Source: Candidatus Bathyarchaeota archaeon (GTDB lineage: Archaea; Thermoproteota; Bathyarchaeia; Bathyarchaeales; DTEX01). From it: a stretch of DNA of 61,283 nt. The DNA lies in NCBI GenBank assembly GCA_018396975.1, contig JAGTQA010000014.1, forward strand, positions 1-61,283, read 5' to 3'. The notes below the pieces were generated by a model. The model searched no databases, had not been told where the DNA came from, and saw nothing but the letters and a program-made list of their open reading frames with translations. This document shows positions 10,041 to 18,688 of this stretch, piece by piece; the stretch's first letter is position 1, and each line of letters starts with the position of its first letter. The translations under genes and the position numbers were made by a program.

Positions 10041-10078
10041 CCTCCTAGAGAGGCTATCCCGAAAGATAGGGAGGTATC
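10041..10078 (+). repeat. Bipartite intergenic motif, copy A
   Basis: ...GAGAGGCTA-TCCCGAA-AGATAGGGAGGTATC. Both blocks are identical in copies B and C. Confidence 0.7.
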
Positions 10079-10103
10079 TTAGGCCTATTTTCCAGATATA
10101 TCC

Positions 10104-11579
10104 ATGCATATTTTTCCGGTGATAACTTTATTCCCCACGCCTCACCCATTTCTCTGGGGCTTGATTTCCGTGGCAGCGGAATTTAATCCCCTAGAGGAAT
10201 ACTATTCGAGTGAGACTGTCAGGAGTGAGATTGCGGAGTATTGTAGGGGTAGGTGGGTGGCCATTGAGGGTGGCGCCTTAGGCAGCAGAGTCTTCCTAAG
10301 GTATTGGAGGGATGGCAGACCGTTAAGCGTCAGCAGCCCACAGGATGTTTGGGAGCTCCTAAGGCACTTTAGGGGCTTAAGCCCAAGGGCCATTTATGGT
10401 TCAATCAACATATACAAGAGCATATCCAGCAGGACGAGCATAGAGGACCCATCGAATATAGCCTACGCCTCACCAATATGGGACATTGATGGTGAGCTAA
10501 ACCGGTGGAGGGAGGTCATTGAGGTCGCTAGGATAATAGTTGAGGAGATTGAGAGGCTGGGCATAGCTAAATCGGTATTTATTAAGTGGAGCGGTGAGGG
10601 CGCCCATATCCACATACATGAAAGATGCTTCTCAAGAGAGGTCTTAGCAAAATATAATCCGCTGGACATAGCATATTCCCTAGTAGATCTGGTTCTAGAG
10701 AGATGCAAGGAAAAGATACTGGATATAATTTCGAGGTCTAGTAGCATTAAGGTTGAGAATGAAATAGATCTTAAGAGGGTCTTCACGGCACCACTCTCGC
10801 TGCATAGGAGGAGAAACCTATGCTGCGTATGCTTCAAACCTAACGAGCTAGATATCTTCGAGATTGAGTGGGCAAATCCGAAAAACTTTAAGCATAACAG
10901 CGGGTGGAAAGCCTATGTTGAGGGTGAGGGGGACCAAGCAGCCATAGAAGCCATTAAGGCCGTGGGTGGATATAGGGGCTGGGTCAGCACATCAGCCAAC
11001 CAGATAAGAACTGTCATATCGGCCCAAGCAGCTGGCGTTGGAATGGAGACTAAAGATATGGGAGGGAGAATAGGGCGCTTCCAAGTAATGGGGCTACTAC
11101 AAGCGGCCAGATACTACCTATTAACGGGAGATATGGAGAGGGCAAAGTCCTTCGGACTGAATAGGGCAATCTTCTACGCATGGGCTAAGAGGCATGGCAG
11201 AGAAATATCCTCTAGATCCACTAGGAGGATGCTGGATATGGGGGATAAGGGCGAATTAAGAGCCGGCCTAGAGGGTGAGAAGCCAGTCCAAGTTGGAGAT
11301 GAAGTGGCATTCGCATCTAGGGATGGATGGTTCACGATAGGCGGCCAAATACAGAAGCCCGAAGACTATGATAGGCAGATAGCCGCTCCAATCGAGAGCA
11401 TAGTAGGCTATGAGAGAGCATGGCAGGCTGCAATAGAATATTTAAAGGGCTTCAGCAGGGAAACCCTACTCAACCAACAGAAATTCTTTAAGCAGGTTTA
11501 TGAGCCCATAAGAGATAGATTCATGGAGATAATTCTAAACCCGAGGGGTCTAAGAAGAGACCTAACGAGATGGTTCTAG
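10104..11579 (+). CDS. Archaeo-eukaryotic primase (PriS-like) catalytic subunit with C-terminal extension
   Basis: AEP motifs: I IWDIDGE (D127/D129), II WSGEGAHIHIH, III EIDLKRVFTAPLSLH. N-terminus is PriS-like (EEYYSSE...RWVAIEG). True start may be internal, since the first ~25 aa look non-native. Confidence 0.7.
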   Translation: MHIFPVITLFPTPHPFLWGLISVAAEFNPLEEYYSSETVRSEIAEYCRGRWVAIEGGALGSRVFLRYWRDGRPLSVSSPQDVWELLRHFRGLSPRAIYGSINIYKSISSRTSIEDPSNIAYASPIWDIDGELNRWREVIEVARIIVEEIERLGIAKSVFIKWSGEGAHIHIHERCFSREVLAKYNPLDIAYSLVDLVLERCKEKILDIISRSSSIKVENEIDLKRVFTAPLSLHRRRNLCCVCFKPNELDIFEIEWANPKNFKHNSGWKAYVEGEGDQAAIEAIKAVGGYRGWVSTSANQIRTVISAQAAGVGMETKDMGGRIGRFQVMGLLQAARYYLLTGDMERAKSFGLNRAIFYAWAKRHGREISSRSTRRMLDMGDKGELRAGLEGEKPVQVGDEVAFASRDGWFTIGGQIQKPEDYDRQIAAPIESIVGYERAWQAAIEYLKGFSRETLLNQQKFFKQVYEPIRDRFMEIILNPRGLRRDLTRWF

Positions 11580-11603
11580 CATAGGGCGAATATCTCATGC
11601 CAG

Positions 11604-12710
11604 TTAGGGCTTAGGCTGAACCCTCCCATAATGCTGCCTAGTCATAGCCCATATCCTACATGTCCCCTCTACACTAACCATGCATGAGCCGATAGGCTTC
11701 TGCGGCGTGCAAGCCTTCATGAAGAGCGGGCACTCTATAGGCTTAATCTTACCTATTATGACGAGGTGGCATTGGCATCCGGGCGGAATATCCCTCCCAG
11801 ATCTAATCCTAACATTATGTCTCTCATGGGCATCATGCCTTAAATACTCGTCCCTAAGCGCTAGCTTCGAGTCCGGTATCCTCCCAAGCCCACGCCAATC
11901 TCCACTAACAACATTAAACGCCCTCTTCATGAGATCTTTAGCCTTGGGATTCCCATCCCGCCTAACGGCCCTCCCATACTCATTCTCTAGAGCCGCCACT
12001 CGATCCTTAATCTGCCTTAAGGCCATATATATTGCTAGGAGAACATCTATGGGCTCGAAGCCGGCAACTATCGTCGGCATCCTATAGATCCTAGGAAAAA
12101 TCTCGTAGGGTTCTAAGCCTATAATTGTGCTCACGTGGCCGGGAGCAATAAAGGCATCTATTTGAAGGTCCCCTATACCCAGCATAAGCTCCATCGCTGG
12201 TGGAATAAGCCTATGCGAGACCAGAAAGCTGAGGTTTCTAGGGGGCCCCTTAATTATTTCGGCCGCTGTCGAGGGCGCCGTTGTCTCAAAACCTATCGCG
12301 AAGAAGACAAACTCCCTATCCGGCTCCCTCTCAGCCATCCTAACAGCATCCATAACACTATAGACCACTCTGACATCGGCACCCCTAGCCCTAGCATGTA
12401 AAGGTGACATGCTTGAGCCGGGAACGCGAACTACATCACCGAAGCATGTGAGCACCGCACCCTTAAGTGCAACATCAACGGCCTCATCAACCTCAGCTGC
12501 TGGCACAATACAGACTGGGCATCCCGGGCCAGCTATAACATCAACGTTCTCCGGAAGTAGGCTTCTTATCCCATAATGTGATATGGTCCACTCATGGGTC
12601 CCGCAGACATGACAAATCTTTACGCTATCCCGTTTGGGTGCAGTCTCCTGAATCTTCTCAACGATTCTCTTGGCGAGTTTAGGATCCCTAAATGTTTCAT
12701 ACAAGTTCAT
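11604..12710 (-). CDS. hypD: Hydrogenase maturation protein HypD
   Basis: CHVCGTHEW, GPGCPVC, GFETT and PGHVS motifs. Confidence 0.9.
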   Translation of the reverse strand: MNLYETFRDPKLAKRIVEKIQETAPKRDSVKICHVCGTHEWTISHYGIRSLLPENVDVIAGPGCPVCIVPAAEVDEAVDVALKGAVLTCFGDVVRVPGSSMSPLHARARGADVRVVYSVMDAVRMAEREPDREFVFFAIGFETTAPSTAAEIIKGPPRNLSFLVSHRLIPPAMELMLGIGDLQIDAFIAPGHVSTIIGLEPYEIFPRIYRMPTIVAGFEPIDVLLAIYMALRQIKDRVAALENEYGRAVRRDGNPKAKDLMKRAFNVVSGDWRGLGRIPDSKLALRDEYLRHDAHERHNVRIRSGRDIPPGCQCHLVIIGKIKPIECPLFMKACTPQKPIGSCMVSVEGTCRIWAMTRQHYGRVQPKP

Positions 12711-12784
12711 GCATCATCCTTCAATAATCTTCGCTAACTTCAATAAAAAGAAAGTGGGGTACTGTTTGCATGTGAACTTTTAGG

Positions 12785-13015
12785 CTACATTAGTCTATCT
12801 AGGATATAGTAAAATGCTGTTGAGAAAGCCTCTATTAAAAGCACGGCAATTATTGACCCTGAGAGTTCACCCGTCAAAACGTATGTTACAAGTAGGGCAA
12901 CTGGATCCACGACTAAGCGGTATATTATCGTCTTCTTTATGCTCGTCCTCCGTGAACGGGAAATTGGCTGGGCATCCCACGCACACCCTACACAGATTGA
13001 TAAGAATTTATATGG
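12785..13015 (-). CDS. Possible small DUF2061-like membrane protein lacking an ATG/GTG/TTG start
   Basis: Open frame ...RRTSIKKTIIYRLVVDPVALLVTYVLTGELSGSIIAVLLIEAFSTAFYYILDRLM* resembles the DUF2061 pattern (R..K...R....T...Y..TG.....Yy..dR). No canonical start lies upstream of the conserved part. Confidence 0.25.
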   Translation of the reverse strand, partial: PYKFLSICVGCAWDAQPISRSRRTSIKKTIIYRLVVDPVALLVTYVLTGELSGSIIAVLLIEAFSTAFYYILDRLM

Positions 13016-13076
13016 CTAATATTTAAGCCTTAAGGAAAAAGTGAATGCGCCACCTTGAAGGCCCTTTGCCACCGCC

Positions 13077-14762
13077 CTAGAGATCTATGTTTACTCTAGC
13101 TTTTCTTCTGAATTGGCTCTCATATATCTTGCGCACTGTCTCTATTGTATCCGCCTCCTCCGGACTCTTGTCATCGCGTATCCTAGTTATTCTGGCGAAT
13201 CTCAGCGCCATTCCAGACTCATATTTTGGGCTCATTTGGATCTCGTTGTAGGCGACCTCGACAACTATCTTTGGCTGAACTATCACCATGCTACCCTCCT
13301 CCCTAATCGCTATCTTCTTTAGGCGCTCCGTCATCTCGGCTATCTCATCATCGGTTAAACCTTTAAATGTCTTCCCGATAACCGTGAATTTTTCCCCATC
13401 CCTAGCGGCCAAGTAATAGTCTGAGAGCCAATTATGCCTCCTTCCATAACCATATTCTGCGGCGACGATGACGAGATCTAAGGGCTCTAAAACCTCCTTT
13501 ATCTTAAACCAGTGCTTACCCCTAATCCCCGGAGTATATGGGCTATCCAGCCTCTTGGCCATCAAGCCCTCATGCCCCTCACTAACAGCAGCCCTCAGGA
13601 AAGATTCGGCCTCCTCCATACTACTGGCCACCATCTGCTTGGTTAAAGGTATGCTGCCAGCAACCTCTCCGAGCCTCCTGCGCCGCTCAACATATGGGGT
13701 TTTAATTAGGCTCTCCCCATCAACATAGAGGAGGTCGAATAGGTATAGTTCGACTGGAATCTCTTCAACTGCCTCATCGACACTATGAATCCTCTTGAAT
13801 CTACGCATTAGGTGCTGGAATGGCATGGGCTTACCATCCTCACCAACGGCTATCACCTCACCCTCCAGAATCGCCTCCCTAGCCCTAACCTCACCCCGAA
13901 TCAGGCTGACGACTTCTGGGAGGCTTCTCGTAACATCTGTGAGTCTGCGACTATATATTTTTACATCCCCATTTGATACGTGAATCTGTATTCTGGCGCC
14001 ATCAAGCTTATACTCTAGCGCGGTTCTACCACCATGCTCCTCAAAAACCTCCCTCAGATCCGTAGCCATCTGGGCGAGCATGGGCTTGATAGGCCTAAAG
14101 ACCCTAAAGCCCAGATTTAGAATTCCATCCCTACCATACTTCTTGCATAAGTATGCCACCTCACCCACATCACCAGTCAACATGGACGCGAGCTGAACGT
14201 CCTTAAGTGGAATAGAGAAGGCCCTTGAGACTGCTGCCTCCATCAAACCCTCCTGGAATCCAGTTCTCATCTCGCCAATAATTATCTTAACTAGGTATTT
14301 GGCCTCTAGGGGTGAGGCGCGGCTGAGTAATGTTTCTATGAGCCTCTCCTTCCTATCCCTAGAGCCCTGTCCCTTAGACTCGGCTATATGCTCAAACATC
14401 CTCCTAACCTCAAGTATTGTGAGGGGTCTCTCAATTAGAGTGGACTGCCTGCCCGGGGAGCGCCTCTCAAAGACTATTTTTGTGGCAGCCCCAACATCAC
14501 CAGTGCTCCTGAAGGCTGAATAAAAATCCCTCCAATCGATCCCTGAGAGGCGCCTAATTACATTGCTTAGGGTTGCCCAGCTGACATCCAAGGTTCTAGG
14601 GTCATATTTTGGGAATGCTCTGCCAAGAATCATCGATGTAGCCGGTTCAATCTCGTTCTCATCTAGACCCCTCAGAAAATCCGCAACAGCCTCAATCATT
14701 AAGTTACGCTTTGTTGTCTTCTCAAGCCTCTCACAGAGCTCAACAAGCGATTTAAATTCCAC
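13077..14762 (-). CDS. lig: ATP-dependent DNA ligase (paralog A)
   Basis: Motif I EYKLDGARIQIH. EGLMAKRLDSPYTPG.RGKHWFKIK. LDLVIVAAEYGYGRR. C-terminal OB motif VI LRFARITRIRDDKSPEEADT. Confidence 0.9.
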   Translation of the reverse strand: MEFKSLVELCERLEKTTKRNLMIEAVADFLRGLDENEIEPATSMILGRAFPKYDPRTLDVSWATLSNVIRRLSGIDWRDFYSAFRSTGDVGAATKIVFERRSPGRQSTLIERPLTILEVRRMFEHIAESKGQGSRDRKERLIETLLSRASPLEAKYLVKIIIGEMRTGFQEGLMEAAVSRAFSIPLKDVQLASMLTGDVGEVAYLCKKYGRDGILNLGFRVFRPIKPMLAQMATDLREVFEEHGGRTALEYKLDGARIQIHVSNGDVKIYSRRLTDVTRSLPEVVSLIRGEVRAREAILEGEVIAVGEDGKPMPFQHLMRRFKRIHSVDEAVEEIPVELYLFDLLYVDGESLIKTPYVERRRRLGEVAGSIPLTKQMVASSMEEAESFLRAAVSEGHEGLMAKRLDSPYTPGIRGKHWFKIKEVLEPLDLVIVAAEYGYGRRHNWLSDYYLAARDGEKFTVIGKTFKGLTDDEIAEMTERLKKIAIREEGSMVIVQPKIVVEVAYNEIQMSPKYESGMALRFARITRIRDDKSPEEADTIETVRKIYESQFRRKARVNIDL

Positions 14763-14824
14763 CCTACAATCCTCTCGCAGATCGCCGCTAGACTACTTAG
14801 TTCGCCCGTCCTTCAATCTGCCAC

Positions 14825-15736
14825 CTAGGACCAGACCTTACCTATCTCTTCCTGAATCTCTTTCTTCCTTCTCTCATACTCTTCAATTGTTATCTCGCCA
14901 ATCTTATATCTGGCCTGTAGGGCCTCAAGATCCTCCCTCAGAAGCCTCTCCCTCTCCTTCCTGTCCCTAATAAGCGAGTCTAGGAAGGCTAATGTCTCCT
15001 CTACGTCCACCCTCACGCTCTCCAGCACACCGCTTGAGATCTTCCCATCCTCAACCATCTTCCTTATGGCCTCATATGCCCCCCGCAAGCCATCCTCCAT
15101 ACTCTTAATCTCGCTGGGCGGCTTGTCCCCAAGCATCTTCTCAAGACGATCTAGGCTGCTCCTAATGCTCTTAGCCATATTTTCAAGCTCTCTCTGCTCA
15201 ACCTTCAACCTCTCAGACTTCTGTGAGAAGGTGTTGAGATCAATCTCGCCAATCTTGTAGCGGACGCTTAACTCCTCAATGTTAAGAGCAACTTCACTCA
15301 GCCGCCTATTAACCTCCTCCAGCCTCCTCCTAAGATCCTCAAGCCTACGGACTCTAGTATTAAGGAGCTCACTCAACTTACCACTATATTCATTATAGAG
15401 TTTCATAAATACGCTCTCTGAGACCTCACCCGACTGGAAGAGCCTAAATAACGCAACCTTCCTAGAATAAAGCGCCGATATATTAGACATTAAAGCTGCA
15501 ATCTCACCCTCAAGCCCAACTGGTGGGGGAGCAGCTGGACTCGGCTGAGCCGCTTGGGTTGGTGGTGGAACCAATGGTGGAACCGGGGGAGGCGCCTCTA
15601 TCGGCTGGGGCCTCTCTAGGCGCGGTGGTTGGACGGCTGTGGGTAGCTGGGCACCACAATATATACAGTATTTCATAGCAGGGACTCTTTTACCACAGTT
15701 TGGGCATCTAATTCGAATCTCATCTGAACCCGACAA
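14825..15736 (-). CDS. Zinc-ribbon / proline-rich linker / coiled-coil protein
   Basis: CPNCG...CIYCG, then a PPxP-rich ~50 aa stretch, then heptad-like E/R/L-rich sequence with two RYKIGEI(D/T) repeats. Confidence 0.55.
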   Translation of the reverse strand: MSGSDEIRIRCPNCGKRVPAMKYCIYCGAQLPTAVQPPRLERPQPIEAPPPVPPLVPPPTQAAQPSPAAPPPVGLEGEIAALMSNISALYSRKVALFRLFQSGEVSESVFMKLYNEYSGKLSELLNTRVRRLEDLRRRLEEVNRRLSEVALNIEELSVRYKIGEIDLNTFSQKSERLKVEQRELENMAKSIRSSLDRLEKMLGDKPPSEIKSMEDGLRGAYEAIRKMVEDGKISSGVLESVRVDVEETLAFLDSLIRDRKERERLLREDLEALQARYKIGEITIEEYERRKKEIQEEIGKVWS

Positions 15737-15848
15737 TGTAACACAGCTCCTTAAAGGTTGGCTCTTAGCGAGCCAAATATACTTTAGCAGCCGATCTTAT
15801 AAAAATTAATCAACACAAACCTGTATATCTATATATTATGATGCTGAT

Positions 15849-16217
15849 ATGAGCGGGGAAGATTATATACCGCTAAGAAGGGTTCTAAAAGACTATTTGA
15901 GGGAGCATGGAATAACACTGAAAGATCTACTCAGCGTGATGGATGAAGACAAGGAGGGCATAATGGAGGCTTTAAGCAAGAGAGTTTATATGACGAGAGC
16001 CCAGCGTATGGCCCTTGAGCGTCACCTATCAAGCAGGGACCTAAACCTCCTCCTATTCGTTATACAAGCATTCTATATACTGAATCCCTCAGGGCTCTAT
16101 AAGGGGCTAATAATCGAGCCGGTGAGGGAGGATGTCATGGTGGGGGACAAGGTAACATTCGAAGGGTGCAAGATGATATTAAAGGCTCTAGGCATATCTA
16201 GCAACATAGAAATTTAA
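15849..16217 (+). CDS. Hypothetical protein
   Basis: ORF only, in an otherwise unoccupied interval. No motif recognised. Confidence 0.4.
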   Translation: MSGEDYIPLRRVLKDYLREHGITLKDLLSVMDEDKEGIMEALSKRVYMTRAQRMALERHLSSRDLNLLLFVIQAFYILNPSGLYKGLIIEPVREDVMVGDKVTFEGCKMILKALGISSNIEI

Positions 16218-16221
16218 TTTC

Positions 16222-17394
16222 TCAGTAGTGAATTTCCACAACATCTCCATCAATCAGTATGTGGCTTGGACCGACCTTCTCTCCCGGATATTTTGCGCTC
16301 GGCCCCCAGATACGGGCATACTTGAAACCCTTATACATCTCGCTATGCAGTCTCCTAGCAACCTCGATCACACTGGTCCCCTCCCTAACTATAAGCGGCT
16401 TCTCAGAAGGCTCCTTGGATGATGGCTCCTTAGTGTAAACCCTCACGATCCTAAGCATCCGGAATATGCTCTCACCCAAACCTTCAAGGCCCCTACCGCT
16501 CAAGCATGAAGCTGCGAAGAGGGGTATTCCATGCCCCCTCAGCTCATTCTTTAGTAGGGCGAGGTTTTCCTCGGCATTTGGCATATCAAGTTTGTTGGCG
16601 ACCAATATTGTTGGCTTATAAACATTATTTGAGAACAATGCATCCTCAACATCCTCCAAACTCACCCTCCCACTTATCTTGACTATAGCTGACGTAATCC
16701 TATAGCTGTTCAGTAGGCTCTTCACATCCTCAGAGGTGCATCCAACAAAGGTTCCACAACCTATGAACTGTATGCCCACCCCATGGCTCCGCCTAACAAT
16801 CTCAACCTCGCCTTCTGGCTTCTCAATTAATATTCCAGCCTTCTCAAGCTCGGAAGACAGCATAGCGAACTGTCCAACCGGATCACTGGATAAATCAACC
16901 ATTAGGATTAAGCCGTCCGCATTGCGCGCTAGGCTAAGAATTTGTGTACCTTCCATTCTCCCCTCAGCCGCGCCCTCAACTATGGCCGGGGCCTCAACAA
17001 GCTGGAACTGCACATCCTCATACTGGAGCATGCCGGGGATCGGCCTTTGGGTTGTGAATGGAATCGGGCTTATCTCGGGCTTTGCATTTGTCACCGAGGC
17101 TAGTAGACTACTCTTACCTACATTAGGTGGGCCGAGAATAACTATCTGGCCAGCCCCCTCCTTCGGTATTGCGAAACCAACCCCACCACCCCTCCTATGA
17201 GATTTCGCCCTCTCGAGCTCACGCTCCAGCTCAGCGATTCTACGCTTGACATTGGCTACAAGCTTACTAGTCCCCTTATGTTTTGGAACCAGCGAGAGGA
17301 ACTCGCGCATCAGCTTTATCTTTTCAGGGATTGAGCGGCAGGCTACAACCTCAGCCCACTTGGCCTTAGCCTCTGCAGGAAGGTTTGTAACCAT
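16222..17394 (-). CDS. DRG/Rbg-type OBG-family GTPase with C-terminal TGS domain
   Basis: G1 GPPNVGKSSLL, FTT (G2), NKLD (G4), and a TGS-like C-terminus ending GDVVEIHY. Confidence 0.85.
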   Translation of the reverse strand: MVTNLPAEAKAKWAEVVACRSIPEKIKLMREFLSLVPKHKGTSKLVANVKRRIAELERELERAKSHRRGGGVGFAIPKEGAGQIVILGPPNVGKSSLLASVTNAKPEISPIPFTTQRPIPGMLQYEDVQFQLVEAPAIVEGAAEGRMEGTQILSLARNADGLILMVDLSSDPVGQFAMLSSELEKAGILIEKPEGEVEIVRRSHGVGIQFIGCGTFVGCTSEDVKSLLNSYRITSAIVKISGRVSLEDVEDALFSNNVYKPTILVANKLDMPNAEENLALLKNELRGHGIPLFAASCLSGRGLEGLGESIFRMLRIVRVYTKEPSSKEPSEKPLIVREGTSVIEVARRLHSEMYKGFKYARIWGPSAKYPGEKVGPSHILIDGDVVEIHY

Positions 17395-17428
17395 CTTCCC
17401 TCATAAATGAGTATGAATGGATGCGGCC

Positions 17429-18661
17429 CTATATCTTTGTTGTCTTCTCAATCCTCACGCCCTCACCAACCTCAGAGACCCAGCCGCCCCTAGCGCCTTC
17501 AGATAAGCACGCATCAATAACCCTCTCCCCAATCTCCCTATTCTTGACTAGCGCTATTATGCTCCCACCCATCCCGGCTCCAGACAACTTGGCGCCATAT
17601 GCACCAGCGTTTAAAGCAGCATCACATATGTGATCGATCTCTGGGAGGCTCACATCATAGAGGTCCCTTAACAGAGCGTGCTGGGCATTCATTATCTCGC
17701 CTAAAATCCTATAGCTAAACTCTTCCGATGGACCCTTCTGAACTCTCCTCCATGATTCTTCACCAAGGTTTGAGATTAAATCCTCTGCAGTGACTCCCTC
17801 AAACCTCAGCACCCTCAAAGCCACCATGGTTAGCCTATGCATTCTAAGAGTGAACAGAATTCTCTTCCTTGAGGGCTCGCTCAAAATCGATAGATAATCT
17901 TGGATTTCCTCCTCGCCTATATCCTCCCACCTCGGCTGATCGAATCTATATCCAAGCTTAGCCTTTAACTCTCTAGGGACTGCGTTGCTTTTCATTAGGG
18001 TCTCTAGGCCAGCGTTTATCTCCATCTGTCTTCTCGGGTGGATCTCGCCGGTCGAATGCCTAATCCCAGAATCTATTATTGCAAATGTTAAATCTCTAAA
18101 TGGGAGCGGCTCAACATCGTATGGTGGTCTGCAATCGAGTTTTATTATGCCTCCAAAAGCCGAGCCATACTGGTCTAGCCTACCGCATGGTATCCCAACC
18201 TCAACGTTTTCCGCGGCAAAAGATATCTCAGCAACATCTTTCCTGCTCAGTCCGAGATTAAATGCGTGGTTCAGAAGCTCTGTGAAGGCAACCTCGAGCG
18301 CGGCGCTACTGGCAAGTCCTGAGCCGATCGGTATCTCGCTCCTAACCGTTAAGTCCATGCCCCTAATCTTATCCCCAAAGCCCTTCTTAACAAGAACATT
18401 CACAACCCCGCGAAGGTAGTTGCCGAAAAATCTCCCCCCAAGCATATCATTAACGCCAACATCAAAGGAGTCCATGCATGGTTCCCCAAGCCTCTCAAGA
18501 TCAACCGACCTAACATTAAAGGTCTTATCGCCGGAGAGTTTAGCCGAAATATAAAGTCTTAGATTTATGGCCACCGGAACAACTGGAAGTCCCTTATAAT
18601 CCTGATGCGTATTTAGGAAGTCCGCCCTCCCAGGCGATGAAACAATAAATTGCGCCTCCAA
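17429..18661 (-). CDS. galK: Galactokinase (GHMP kinase)
   Basis: SPGRADFLNTHQDY, GHMP motif PIGSGLASSAALEVA, GAKLSGAGMGGS. Lies directly downstream of galT. Confidence 0.75.
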   Translation of the reverse strand: MEAQFIVSSPGRADFLNTHQDYKGLPVVPVAINLRLYISAKLSGDKTFNVRSVDLERLGEPCMDSFDVGVNDMLGGRFFGNYLRGVVNVLVKKGFGDKIRGMDLTVRSEIPIGSGLASSAALEVAFTELLNHAFNLGLSRKDVAEISFAAENVEVGIPCGRLDQYGSAFGGIIKLDCRPPYDVEPLPFRDLTFAIIDSGIRHSTGEIHPRRQMEINAGLETLMKSNAVPRELKAKLGYRFDQPRWEDIGEEEIQDYLSILSEPSRKRILFTLRMHRLTMVALRVLRFEGVTAEDLISNLGEESWRRVQKGPSEEFSYRILGEIMNAQHALLRDLYDVSLPEIDHICDAALNAGAYGAKLSGAGMGGSIIALVKNREIGERVIDACLSEGARGGWVSEVGEGVRIEKTTKI

Positions 18662-18688
18662 AGTGTAACCCCCAATAAGCCTATTTCT

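Noticed and set aside
12814-13026. 70-aa + strand ORF in the hypD-ligase gap
   Set aside because: The composition is poor (Leu/Ser/Arg-rich) with no RBS or motif. The opposite strand carries a more protein-like, though start-less, frame.
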